Assembly: GCA_945859975.1 (NCBI GenBank)
Contig: CAMAPH010000037.1
Span: 1 to 27,601, forward strand
Length of the DNA: 27,601 bases
Reading direction: 5' to 3'
From: Chthonomonas calidirosea
GTDB lineage: Bacteria > Armatimonadota > Fimbriimonadia > Fimbriimonadales > Fimbriimonadaceae
Part shown: positions 8,424-16,968 of the stretch, piece by piece
How positions within the stretch are numbered: the stretch's first letter is position 1
Layout: the number at the start of each line of letters is the position of its first letter
The notes under the pieces: model-generated
The model's database searches: none
What the model saw: the letters and a program-made list of their open reading frames with translations, nothing else
Told to the model about the DNA's origin: nothing
Position numbers and translations under genes: made by a program

Positions 8424-10760
8424 TTAACGCTCGTCCTCTTCTTCGGGCGGCAGTTCATCGTCCAGCGTTCCTCCGATTTCATACAGCGGTGCTTGGCCGA
8501 AGATTGCGTCAACGTCCAGAACGTTCAGCAAAACTTCTCGCGGGCGTGGGCCGTCTCGGGGGCCGACGATGCCGCGTTCTTCCATCACGTCCAGCAGACG
8601 CGAGGCGCGCTGGAAGCCGATTTTGAACTTGCGCTGGAGCATCGAGGTGCTCGCCTCTCCGCGCTCCACCACCCATCGCACGGCGTCTTCCCAAAGGCCG
8701 TCCATCTCCTCGTCGGGCTCTTCGTCCTCGCGCGTTCGCTTGCCAGGTTCCCCAGTGGCTTCGACGGGCTGCAGAACGTAGTCTGGCGATTGCTGCTCGC
8801 GCCAGAATCGGCAGACGGCGTCGATCTCTTTCTCCGAGACAAAGCAGCCTTGGATTCGGGTCGGCTTCATCGCATCGACGGGCTGGAACAGCATGTCCCC
8901 GCGACCGATGAGGTTTTCCGCGCCCTTCGAGTCGATGATGGTGCGCGAGTCGATTTGGCTGGCAACGGAGAAAGCGATGCGCGACGGGATGTTTGCCTTG
9001 ATGAGGCCGGTGATGACGTCTACGGAAGGCCGCTGGGTGGCAATGACGAGGTGGATTCCGACGGCACGGGCGAGCTGAGCGAGGCGGACGATGACGGTTT
9101 CGACTTCCGCGCCGCATTGGATCATGAGGTCGGCGAGCTCGTCGACGATGACCACGATGTACGGGAGCTTTTCGTTAAAGCTGGCTTGGTTGTTCCAGCC
9201 TTCGATGTTTCGTACGCCGGCTTCGCTACACAGGTCGTAGCGGCGGTCCATTTCTCGCCAAACGGCGCGGAGGACGCCGGCGGCTTCCTTCACGTCTTTG
9301 ATCACCGGGCACATGAGGTGCGGGATGCGGTCGAAGAGGGTGAGTTCGACCCGCTTCGGGTCGATCATGACCAGCCGAACTTCCTTCGGCGTGTTCCGCA
9401 TCAGGAGGCTGGTGATGAGGGTCGCGAGGCCGATGGACTTTCCGGAATTGGTGGCACCGCCGATGAGCAAGTGCGGCATTTTGGTGAGGTCTGCGTACTT
9501 ATTCTTACCGCTAACGTCTCTACCTAAAGCGACCAGAAGGCGACTTGGATGTCCGGTGAACTCCTTGGTTTCGCACAACTCTCTCAGCGTGACCATTGCG
9601 GGAGTCGCATTGGGGATTTCGATTCCGATGGCGGCTTTGCCGGGGATGGGGGCTTCGACGCGAATGCTGGAAGCCGCCAGGTCCATCGCGATGTTGTCGG
9701 CGAGAGCGGTGATTCGGTTGACGCGAACGCCTGGGCCAAGCTGGATTTCGTAACGCGTGACGGTCGGTCCGGTGGCGACTTCTACCACGCTGGCGTCGAT
9801 GCCGAACTGTTCGAGGGTGCCCTCGAGGGTCTCGATGTTCTGCTGCATCTCGATGGGCGAGCGCGCCGGCTGCATGATGTTTTCGGCAAGCAGGGTGATC
9901 GGCGGGAGAGTGTAGCCTTCGGCGGGAACTGGAACTTCGGTCGGGAGGGCGACGGTCTCTTTTTCCTCTTCGACCTTCTTTTGCACCGTTGCACCAAGGC
10001 CAATGAGCTCGCGGCGGCGCGGGACGGTGGGTTCCCTGGCGGGGGCTTCGTCCTCAAGGATCGGCGCTTCTAGCGGGACGCGACGGGATGGCTTCTCCAC
10101 CGGCGCGGGTTCTGGCTCAGGTTCCGGCTCGACAGCGTGTTTGAAAAGCGGCTTCATGCGCGCCCGTTCGGCTTCGGGATTGGTTGCCTTTGGCGCGCGC
10201 TTTGGCATTTCTGGCAGCATCTCGCGAACTTGCTTTGCTTGCTGCTTTCCGCGCTCGATCCAAACGCGGATCGGCGCATCGGCCACGAGCACAAGACCAA
10301 TCAGGCCAAGAAGCCCGATTCCGACCGGGGTTGCCGTGCCGATCATGCTGACGGTCGCATACACGATGACCGCGCCTAGGTAGCCGCCACCGCCGGTGAT
10401 GTTCACGGGGTCGAAAGGGTCACCGCCGAGTCGATAGGAAAGCCCGGCCAGAGCGGCCACAAGGATCAGGCAGAGGCCCCAGGCAAATCGGTGCCAAGTC
10501 CAACCGGTTCCGCGAACGAGGCCGACGCCACCGGCGACAAAGGCAAATGGGGCGGCCCACGCGCCTTGGCCAAAGAGGGTGCGGAAGGCGTTGCCTAATG
10601 CATCGCCGACCAACCCGGCTTGGGCGGTAGCGAGGGCGACCCAGATGATCAGCCCGAGGGCAATCATGCTGAGACCGAGAACATCAAGCTTTCGATGCGA
10701 AGCTGCCGCGGGTTTCGCGGCTTTTGCAGTCGGCTTGCGGGCTTTGTTGCCTGCTTTCAT
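8424..10760 (-). CDS. ftsK: DNA translocase FtsK/SpoIIIE
   Basis: N-terminal TM domain and Pro/Glu-rich linker. PHLLIGGATNSGKS (Walker A), MIDPKRVEL, VIVDELADL, ATQRPS, gamma domain ASTSMLQRKFKIGFQRA. AAAGGTG SD. Confidence 0.96.
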   Translation of the reverse strand: MKAGNKARKPTAKAAKPAAASHRKLDVLGLSMIALGLIIWVALATAQAGLVGDALGNAFRTLFGQGAWAAPFAFVAGGVGLVRGTGWTWHRFAWGLCLILVAALAGLSYRLGGDPFDPVNITGGGGYLGAVIVYATVSMIGTATPVGIGLLGLIGLVLVADAPIRVWIERGKQQAKQVREMLPEMPKRAPKATNPEAERARMKPLFKHAVEPEPEPEPAPVEKPSRRVPLEAPILEDEAPAREPTVPRRRELIGLGATVQKKVEEEKETVALPTEVPVPAEGYTLPPITLLAENIMQPARSPIEMQQNIETLEGTLEQFGIDASVVEVATGPTVTRYEIQLGPGVRVNRITALADNIAMDLAASSIRVEAPIPGKAAIGIEIPNATPAMVTLRELCETKEFTGHPSRLLVALGRDVSGKNKYADLTKMPHLLIGGATNSGKSIGLATLITSLLMRNTPKEVRLVMIDPKRVELTLFDRIPHLMCPVIKDVKEAAGVLRAVWREMDRRYDLCSEAGVRNIEGWNNQASFNEKLPYIVVIVDELADLMIQCGAEVETVIVRLAQLARAVGIHLVIATQRPSVDVITGLIKANIPSRIAFSVASQIDSRTIIDSKGAENLIGRGDMLFQPVDAMKPTRIQGCFVSEKEIDAVCRFWREQQSPDYVLQPVEATGEPGKRTREDEEPDEEMDGLWEDAVRWVVERGEASTSMLQRKFKIGFQRASRLLDVMEERGIVGPRDGPRPREVLLNVLDVDAIFGQAPLYEIGGTLDDELPPEEEDER

Positions 10761-10845
10761 CCGTTGAATTCACCTTTCACGTCACCGATCCGTGGCAACG
10801 TTCCATGATTGTAACGTGAGTTTGTGGTCTAGCGGTGCGGATTCG

Positions 10846-12510
10846 GTGCGTAATTTCGGAAACTCCGTTCTCGCGATGCTGATTGCGCAGCCGCTTTTGC
10901 TCCTCGTTGTGGTTGCGGCGCTGGGCTTGCCGCTTGGTCAAATTCGCATTGGTGGTGCTCGATTGGGTACGGCGGCGGTGCTGTTTGTGGGGCTGGCGAT
11001 TGGGGCGATTGACGAGCGATTGCACTTGCCAGACATCGTTTACTTGCTGGGCCTATCGATGCTGGTTTACACGATCGGCTTGTCGTCGGCTTCATCTTTC
11101 GGGCAGATCCTTTCGCGCGAAAGCGGAAAGCGCGTACTCACCGCGCTCTCAGGACTCACTTTGGCGGGGATTGCGACCTACTTTGCGTCTCGCCAATACG
11201 GGATAACCGGGCCGCAGGCGGCGGGAATGTTTGGCGGGGCGTTTACGAATGCGAGCGGATTGGCGAGCGCGGTCGACGCGGTGACAGAGGCGCAAGGGAA
11301 TACCGCCGAGCCGGTCGTGGGTTACTCGCTTGCGTACCCAGTCGGCGTGTTTGGGCCGATGTTGGTGATGATTCTTGCCCGGGCCGCTTTTCGAGTGAAC
11401 TTGGCGGAGGAAGCACTGACGATTCCGGCTTTTCGCAAGCTGAAGCAGAAGCTTTCGGTCGTGACGGTGGTCGTAACGAACCCTTCGGCGTTTGGAAAGT
11501 CGGTCGCCGAGCTGGCCTCCGAGCCGGGGCACGATTTGATTTTCGGCCGCGTCCGGCGGGGAGACTATGAGGAGCTCGCCAACGGCGGACTGGTGCTGCA
11601 AGAAGGGGATCTGGTGACCGTGGTTGGCTCGGCCATCGACATCCAGTACGCGGAGAAGGTGCTTGGGCAGCGGTCAGATGAAGCGCTGGAGCTTGATCGC
11701 AGTGAGTTCGATGTGCGGCGGATTTTTGTGAGTCGGCCGGATATTGCGGGGCGGTCCTTGAAGCAGTTGAATCTTCCGATGCATCAGCAGGCTCTGCTCA
11801 CCCGGGTTCGGAGGGGGGATTTGGACTTCGTTCCGAACGGGGATACGGTTCTGGAACTCGGAGACCGGGTTCGCGTTTTGGCGCGCCGGAAGGACATGGA
11901 GGGGGTGTCGAAGTTCTTTGGCGACTCGTACCGCGCGCTGGCCGAAGTGGATTTGCTGTCGTTCTGCCTGGGGTTAGCGTTAGGTTTATTGCTGGGAAGT
12001 ATCCCAATTCCGTTGCCCGGCGGCAGTCATTTCAAGCTCGGCTTTGCCGGAGGTCCGCTGGTCATGGCGTTGATTTTGGGTCGGATGCGGCGGACGGGAA
12101 AGATCGTTTGGAGCCTTCCCTACTCGGCTAATTTGACTTTACGGCAGTTTGGATTGCTGCTGTTCTCGGCGGGAATCGGCACGCGAGCCGGGTTTGATTT
12201 CTTCAACACGCTCTCCCACGGCGAGGGGATGAACGTGTTTCTGGTCGGGCTTGGGCTCACGGCGGGTTCGGGAGTGGTAACGATGTTGTTCGGCTACTAC
12301 GCGCTAAAGATTCCGTTGAACGTGCTGTTTGGCGTGTATGCCGGAGCGCAGACTCAGCCGGTCAGCCTAGGGTTTGCGGTGGATCAAACGAAGAATGACC
12401 TCGCGACGGGGGCTTATTCGGTGCTGTTTCCGATCGCGACGATCTACAAGATCATCATCACGCAGATGCTTCTGCTGTCTCTTGGTATTCCACCCGCGAT
12501 CGTCGACTAG
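10846..12510 (+). CDS. AspT/YidE/YbjL-family antiporter with two TrkA-C domains
   Basis: Duplicated membrane domains (LGTAAVLFVGL..GAFTNASGL; LGFAGGPLVMALILG..AGAQTQP) flank two RCK-C repeats (GRVRRG, TRVRRG). Start uncertain: GTG 10792, GTG 10846 or ATG 10876. Confidence 0.9.
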   Translation: MRNFGNSVLAMLIAQPLLLLVVVAALGLPLGQIRIGGARLGTAAVLFVGLAIGAIDERLHLPDIVYLLGLSMLVYTIGLSSASSFGQILSRESGKRVLTALSGLTLAGIATYFASRQYGITGPQAAGMFGGAFTNASGLASAVDAVTEAQGNTAEPVVGYSLAYPVGVFGPMLVMILARAAFRVNLAEEALTIPAFRKLKQKLSVVTVVVTNPSAFGKSVAELASEPGHDLIFGRVRRGDYEELANGGLVLQEGDLVTVVGSAIDIQYAEKVLGQRSDEALELDRSEFDVRRIFVSRPDIAGRSLKQLNLPMHQQALLTRVRRGDLDFVPNGDTVLELGDRVRVLARRKDMEGVSKFFGDSYRALAEVDLLSFCLGLALGLLLGSIPIPLPGGSHFKLGFAGGPLVMALILGRMRRTGKIVWSLPYSANLTLRQFGLLLFSAGIGTRAGFDFFNTLSHGEGMNVFLVGLGLTAGSGVVTMLFGYYALKIPLNVLFGVYAGAQTQPVSLGFAVDQTKNDLATGAYSVLFPIATIYKIIITQMLLLSLGIPPAIVD

Positions 12511-13655
12511 AACAGAACTGGACGTTCGTGTCGCTTGATGTTCAGAAGAAGGCCCACGCAGGCAAGGCAAAGCCAGATCGCGGTACCGCCACTGCTCATG
12601 AAGGGGAGCCACATTCCCGCCACTGGCAGTAGCTGCAGGACCATGCCGAGGTTCACCACGGTATGGAATCCAAGGACGGCAAAGATTCCCGCCGCCATCA
12701 TCTGATAAAACGGCTCGCTCGCCTTCAGCATGATCATGAAGACCCGATAGAAGAAGAAAGCGTAGGCGATGAGCACGATGGTGCAGCCGAGCAGCCCCGT
12801 TTCTTCGCCGAGGACGGTGAAGACGAAGTCGTTGCGCTGCTCCGGGATGAACTTCAGCTCTTTCTGTTTTCCGTTCAGGAATCCAGTGCCGTAGAGCCCT
12901 CCGACGCCAAAGGCGATTTCGGCGCGGTCGGTTTGGTAGTTCGCGTCCTTGTTGTCCTTGGTCGTCGACATTAGGCCCTCAATGCGGTCCTTCTGGTAGT
13001 CACGAAGAAGGAGATCCCGGACTGGCGGAACCAGCAAAACGGACGCCGCGACAAAGGTAAACACGCCCACCGCGATGGCAAAGAACTTGATGGGGGTTCC
13101 GGCGACCAGCGAGATCGCAAAGCCGGTGAAAAGCATCAGAAGCGCGGCAGCCAAGTGTGGCTGCTTTAGGATGAGCGCGATGGGCAAGGCGACATGGGCG
13201 AGGCCCCAGAAGAAGGTGGATGGTTCCTTTATCCGGTCGAGCCGGTTTGTGAAGAACGCGGCCAGCGTAATCACCGACAGAAGCTTTGCCGGGTCACTTG
13301 GCTGGAATTGGAGCGGTCCAATGTCGATCCAGCGTTGGCTGCCGTTGATGGTTTTTCCGATGACCAATGAGCCGGCGAGTAGCCCAACGACCGCAATGTA
13401 AAGACCGCTTGCGGCACGTTGCAAGAAGCGGATAGGAACAAAGTACATGGCGGCCATCGGGATGAGTCCGATGACGGTGTTAACCAGTTGCCGCTTAAAG
13501 TTACTCAGGCCGTCTTTGCCGTAGCCTTCGCTGTAGATCGACATGAGGCCCAGCACGACAAGGGCGAGGGTTGCGAAGATCAGCCCATAGTCCAGCTTGG
13601 CGACCTGCTTTCTTGAATCTAGCGCGCTGGAAAAGGAGTTCGAAATGGCGGCCAT
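12507..13655 (-). CDS. rodA: SEDS-family peptidoglycan glycosyltransferase, RodA type
   Basis: INGSQRWI, FQPSDPAK, LKQPHL, AFGVGGLYGTG, IPEQRNDFVFTVLGEE, LPFMSSGGT. Polytopic membrane protein. Confidence 0.88.
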   Translation of the reverse strand: MAAISNSFSSALDSRKQVAKLDYGLIFATLALVVLGLMSIYSEGYGKDGLSNFKRQLVNTVIGLIPMAAMYFVPIRFLQRAASGLYIAVVGLLAGSLVIGKTINGSQRWIDIGPLQFQPSDPAKLLSVITLAAFFTNRLDRIKEPSTFFWGLAHVALPIALILKQPHLAAALLMLFTGFAISLVAGTPIKFFAIAVGVFTFVAASVLLVPPVRDLLLRDYQKDRIEGLMSTTKDNKDANYQTDRAEIAFGVGGLYGTGFLNGKQKELKFIPEQRNDFVFTVLGEETGLLGCTIVLIAYAFFFYRVFMIMLKASEPFYQMMAAGIFAVLGFHTVVNLGMVLQLLPVAGMWLPFMSSGGTAIWLCLACVGLLLNIKRHERPVLF

Positions 13656-13658
13656 GAA

Positions 13659-14309
13659 TTACCTCGGCGCGGATTCTCTTACGGATTCGTCTCCGAACTC
13701 ACGGCGAACGACGCCTTTGCCCTCGACCATCCAGAACGTCAGTGAGCGTTTGATGGAATCACCGGAGTTTTCTGGAAGGATTTCCAGCCTGACTTCCACC
13801 TTTACCGATGGCATGTTTCGGCCACCAACATCGGCTTTCGATACTTCGCTGGTCACCTTTGCACGGGCCTTTCGGGTTTCGCTTTGGGCGTGCATTTCAC
13901 CGGTCCAGTCCCAGCGGTCTCCAACGTTCATTGGAAAAGTCATGAGCGGGAGCGGCGGGCTGAACCGTTCACCGGCGGCGTAGCTGAGCAGGAAGGCTTT
14001 TTCGGAACACTGGTATCGCTCCTGGTCGATGGTTTCGCCCTTGGAGACGAGTCGAATGGTCATCTCACCCGCGTGATCGTTGGCGTGGATGTCGACGGGG
14101 ATCGTGAGGCCGCCCATTTTCAGAACGGCGACCGATCCAGGAACGTCAGCGGGTCGGATGCAGTTGACCGCATCCAGTTGCGGGCCGGGCTTTTCACTTC
14201 CGGAAGAAATCGCCATCGGCACACCCTTACCAACAAGATTTGTGGCCGCAAATGAGCCTAATCCAACCGCTAAGGTGCAGACAATAGCGATACCGAAAGT
14301 GCGCAACAT
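13659..14309 (-). CDS. Exported/anchored beta-rich protein, DUF3108-like; paralog 3
   Basis: 216 aa with an N-terminal hydrophobic segment. FSPPLPLMTFPMNVGDRWDW and C-terminal TFWMVEGKGVVR resemble the two upstream paralogs. Confidence 0.7.
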   Translation of the reverse strand: MLRTFGIAIVCTLAVGLGSFAATNLVGKGVPMAISSGSEKPGPQLDAVNCIRPADVPGSVAVLKMGGLTIPVDIHANDHAGEMTIRLVSKGETIDQERYQCSEKAFLLSYAAGERFSPPLPLMTFPMNVGDRWDWTGEMHAQSETRKARAKVTSEVSKADVGGRNMPSVKVEVRLEILPENSGDSIKRSLTFWMVEGKGVVRREFGDESVRESAPR

Positions 14310-14311
14310 GA

Positions 14312-15040
14312 TTACTTGGTTTCTTGAATGGTGATCGTGTTTGCGCGGTTTGTAGCATCAAAGGTCTTCATGATGGTCTTGATGTTTCCGCGGCCTTTCA
14401 CGTGCCAGCTCTGAGTTTCCATACGTAACTTTTGCCCCTGTACGGTTCCCGAACCTTTAGAAGTAACCAAAAGCGCGTCGTATTCGCCGACCTTGGTTTT
14501 CAGCTTCTCGACGCCTTCGACCTTAAAGTCGTTGGTGACGTCCATGGTCTGGCCATCCTGCTTGACGATCGTGCGGGTTTTCCAGGTGGAACCTGGGGCC
14601 AGGGATGCAGGGAGCTCGATGTCCTTTTCGCCGACGGTTGCGATTGGGGAAGAGTGAACGTAAATCGCATCTTTCTCAACGCGGACCTCCATGTTGCCGA
14701 GCTGCTGTCCAAGTTGGCCGGTTCGCGTGATTTCGTAAATCGCCTTGCCTCCTTCGACCGACTTCAGCTTGACGGACTGTTCTCCAGTCTGTATAGCATT
14801 GCCGGCGGAGGAAACGATTTCCATGTTGATCGGCTTCTCTGCTCCAAGCCCGTAGTACTCATAGCCTTCGTGCTTGAGTTCGGCTGGAACGGAAGCTGGA
14901 TCTACGGCCGGGGTTGCTTCCGGGCCTTTTGAAGTGACGCTTGGAACCGTTTCTTTCGGGTCTTCGGTCTTTGCCGTCGTAGCGTTGTTACACCCGATCG
15001 CGAGGATGGCGAAGGTGGGAATGAGCCAGAGTTTCTTCAT
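14312..15040 (-). CDS. Lipoprotein, DUF3108-like; paralog 2
   Basis: 242 aa. Lipoprotein signal MKKLWLIPTFAILAIG-C. LPASLAPGSTW, VEGVEKLKTKVGEYDALLV, SWHVKGRGNIK. Confidence 0.75.
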   Translation of the reverse strand: MKKLWLIPTFAILAIGCNNATTAKTEDPKETVPSVTSKGPEATPAVDPASVPAELKHEGYEYYGLGAEKPINMEIVSSAGNAIQTGEQSVKLKSVEGGKAIYEITRTGQLGQQLGNMEVRVEKDAIYVHSSPIATVGEKDIELPASLAPGSTWKTRTIVKQDGQTMDVTNDFKVEGVEKLKTKVGEYDALLVTSKGSGTVQGQKLRMETQSWHVKGRGNIKTIMKTFDATNRANTITIQETK

Positions 15041-15750
15041 AGGGGTGCTTTGGATAGGCTTAGGGTCGTGGTGACGCTGCCGGTTGGCAGGGTCACGGCT
15101 TGGCGAAGACGAATGATGCCGACCTTGGGTTCAAACCAAGTGGTGGAAACGGTGTTGCCCTTCACGGTGCCGACCGTAAATTCGGTCAACGTTTCTACGG
15201 CGATGCCAGATTTTTTACCTAGGCTGGTGTCGACCACCTCAGGACCGCGAAGGCGAAGGCTGGAAGAGATCTTGCCGACCTTCTGGAGCACGGTGTAGCC
15301 CGTTCCATTCCATCGGGTGATCTTGTCCTTCACGAGGGGAGTAATGAGGAACGGCACGGGGCTGGAGAACTTGGTACGCGTAGTGCCGGAACTGATCTGA
15401 TAGATGCCGGTTTTGTCGATCCGCCACTCTTGCTCATCGACGACCTTGTTGTCGCGGACGAACTCGAGGGTCGCGTTGGTGACGGCGCCGTTTTTGACGT
15501 ACTTTGCGACACGAAGCTCCATGACGCCGGTTTCAGGCTGAACTCCCGAGCGATTCTGGATGATCGTATCGACTCGGTATGTCCAAGCGCTTCCGGGTTT
15601 GAGCGGAAGGAGGACATCGGCGGTGAGCCCCGCTTCCGAAAGTGGTGGAACTTCCGGCTGCTTTTTGGGGACGTAACCCGATGAGCCACAACCCGCGAGT
15701 CCAAGAGCGGCGGTAGCGGTGATCAGAAAGGCGGAAGTTCGATTTAACAT
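15037..15750 (-). CDS. Lipoprotein, DUF3108-like; paralog 1
   Basis: 237 aa with lipobox LAG-C. LPLKPGSAWTY, GPEVVDTSLGKKSGIAVE, TWFEPKVGIIR. 4-nt overlap with the next gene. Confidence 0.75.
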   Translation of the reverse strand: MLNRTSAFLITATAALGLAGCGSSGYVPKKQPEVPPLSEAGLTADVLLPLKPGSAWTYRVDTIIQNRSGVQPETGVMELRVAKYVKNGAVTNATLEFVRDNKVVDEQEWRIDKTGIYQISSGTTRTKFSSPVPFLITPLVKDKITRWNGTGYTVLQKVGKISSSLRLRGPEVVDTSLGKKSGIAVETLTEFTVGTVKGNTVSTTWFEPKVGIIRLRQAVTLPTGSVTTTLSLSKAPL

Positions 15751-15756
15751 GGGTGT

Positions 15757-16917
15757 TTAAGAAGGGCGCATCTTCGTCTGGCTTCGTAAGGCGGCGGCCT
15801 TCTTGGCATTGCCGTTGATGGAGTCAACCGCTTCTTCGACCAAGGTCCTGTCCTGCATTTGGGTGATTGTGAGTTCGCCCTGTTCAAGCTCGTGCCGGAT
15901 TCTGGGGGCGGCCACCGGAATACCGTCAGCAGTGATCAGAATCTGGGTGCCCACGCGCTTCTTGCTATATTGCCACAATCGCTTTCGGCCCTCGTCATTT
16001 AGCGTGATTACTAGGTCGTAAAGCGGTTTGTTGTCTGGTCCCTTGTATTCACGGAAGGAAGCGCCGGTGATGAAGTTGTCGCTCACGATTACCGAAGCAC
16101 TGCCCAGCACTCGCTTTGGATTTTCCGTTCGTTTTGTCGCGGTTTCTTTGGAGATCATTCCCTTGAGTGAGTCGGCGACGATCTCGCGATTCTTTGTGGA
16201 CTTTAGAATCTTTTCGGCTTCCTCTTTGTAGTAACCCGCCTGCATTTCTCGGGTGACGTTGCCCTTGTCTTTCAGTCGTGCCTCGATGGCCTTCATGATT
16301 CGAGGGCGGTACGGCTCTTGAACTCGACCAATGACCTCTTTGATTTCTCCCCCAATCGGAATGGACATTGGCACGGGGGTCTCGATGATGATGCCGTTCT
16401 CCATCGAGTCAAAGTCGAGGATGGAGAGTGGTAGCCCGTCCAACTTCATGTTCAGGTCATGCTCCAGCCGCTTGGCAAGTGCCTTATCGCCGTTGAGCGC
16501 TTTGTCGATGTCTTCGGACTTCCAAATCACCCGAACGCTTGGCCAGCTGTCGTCTTCGGCCATTTCGTTGAGCACCATGATGAACTGGCCCAACGCCTTC
16601 TCGTTGCCCTGCAGGGTTTGCAGGAGCTCCTTGATGGGGACTCGCTTTTTGATGGCGCCTTCGGTGGCGCCGCCACTGTCAGAGTCCTTGGAGTCGAAGT
16701 CTCCGGAAGCCTCAACCAATTGGGCCATGAAGTTTGCCGTAATGATTCGGTAACCGGCGCCGGCGTCGATCCCAACCAAGTTCACGCGACCGGGAGCGAT
16801 CGGGCTGAACTTCTCGTTCATGATCATCTGGTCGGTGATGATCTGACGCCCGAAATATCCGCCTACAACAAGGACAACAAAGCCAACGGCAATCTTAGTG
16901 GAGCTGCGGATTTTCAT
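15757..16917 (-). CDS. Single-pass membrane protein with C-terminal SecD/SecF P1-head-like subdomain
   Basis: 386 aa with one N-terminal TM. LVITLNDEGRKRLWQYSKKRVGTQILITADGIPVAAPRIRHELEQGELTIT matches the SecD P1-head pattern. No SecD C-terminal TM bundle. Confidence 0.7.
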   Translation of the reverse strand: MKIRSSTKIAVGFVVLVVGGYFGRQIITDQMIMNEKFSPIAPGRVNLVGIDAGAGYRIITANFMAQLVEASGDFDSKDSDSGGATEGAIKKRVPIKELLQTLQGNEKALGQFIMVLNEMAEDDSWPSVRVIWKSEDIDKALNGDKALAKRLEHDLNMKLDGLPLSILDFDSMENGIIIETPVPMSIPIGGEIKEVIGRVQEPYRPRIMKAIEARLKDKGNVTREMQAGYYKEEAEKILKSTKNREIVADSLKGMISKETATKRTENPKRVLGSASVIVSDNFITGASFREYKGPDNKPLYDLVITLNDEGRKRLWQYSKKRVGTQILITADGIPVAAPRIRHELEQGELTITQMQDRTLVEEAVDSINGNAKKAAALRSQTKMRPS

Positions 16918-16968
16918 ACCGGTACGGGAGACTCAACAACAAAAAGAGCCATTCGGTTCTGCCCTAGT

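Noticed and set aside
10096..10135. Repetitive EPEPEPEPAP-coding stretch in ftsK, and the Gly run in the helicase tail
   Set aside because: Ordinary low-complexity protein linkers, not DNA repeat elements.
10802..10812. 11-mer ACAATCATGGA upstream of ftsK (minus strand), identical to 5086-5096
   Set aside because: A single short match that is plausibly chance or just a shared -10-like hexamer. No further copies noticed.
12507..12510. Convergent transporter and rodA stop codons overlap in CTAG with no terminator
   Set aside because: Common in compact bacterial genomes, and there is no evidence for a regulatory role.
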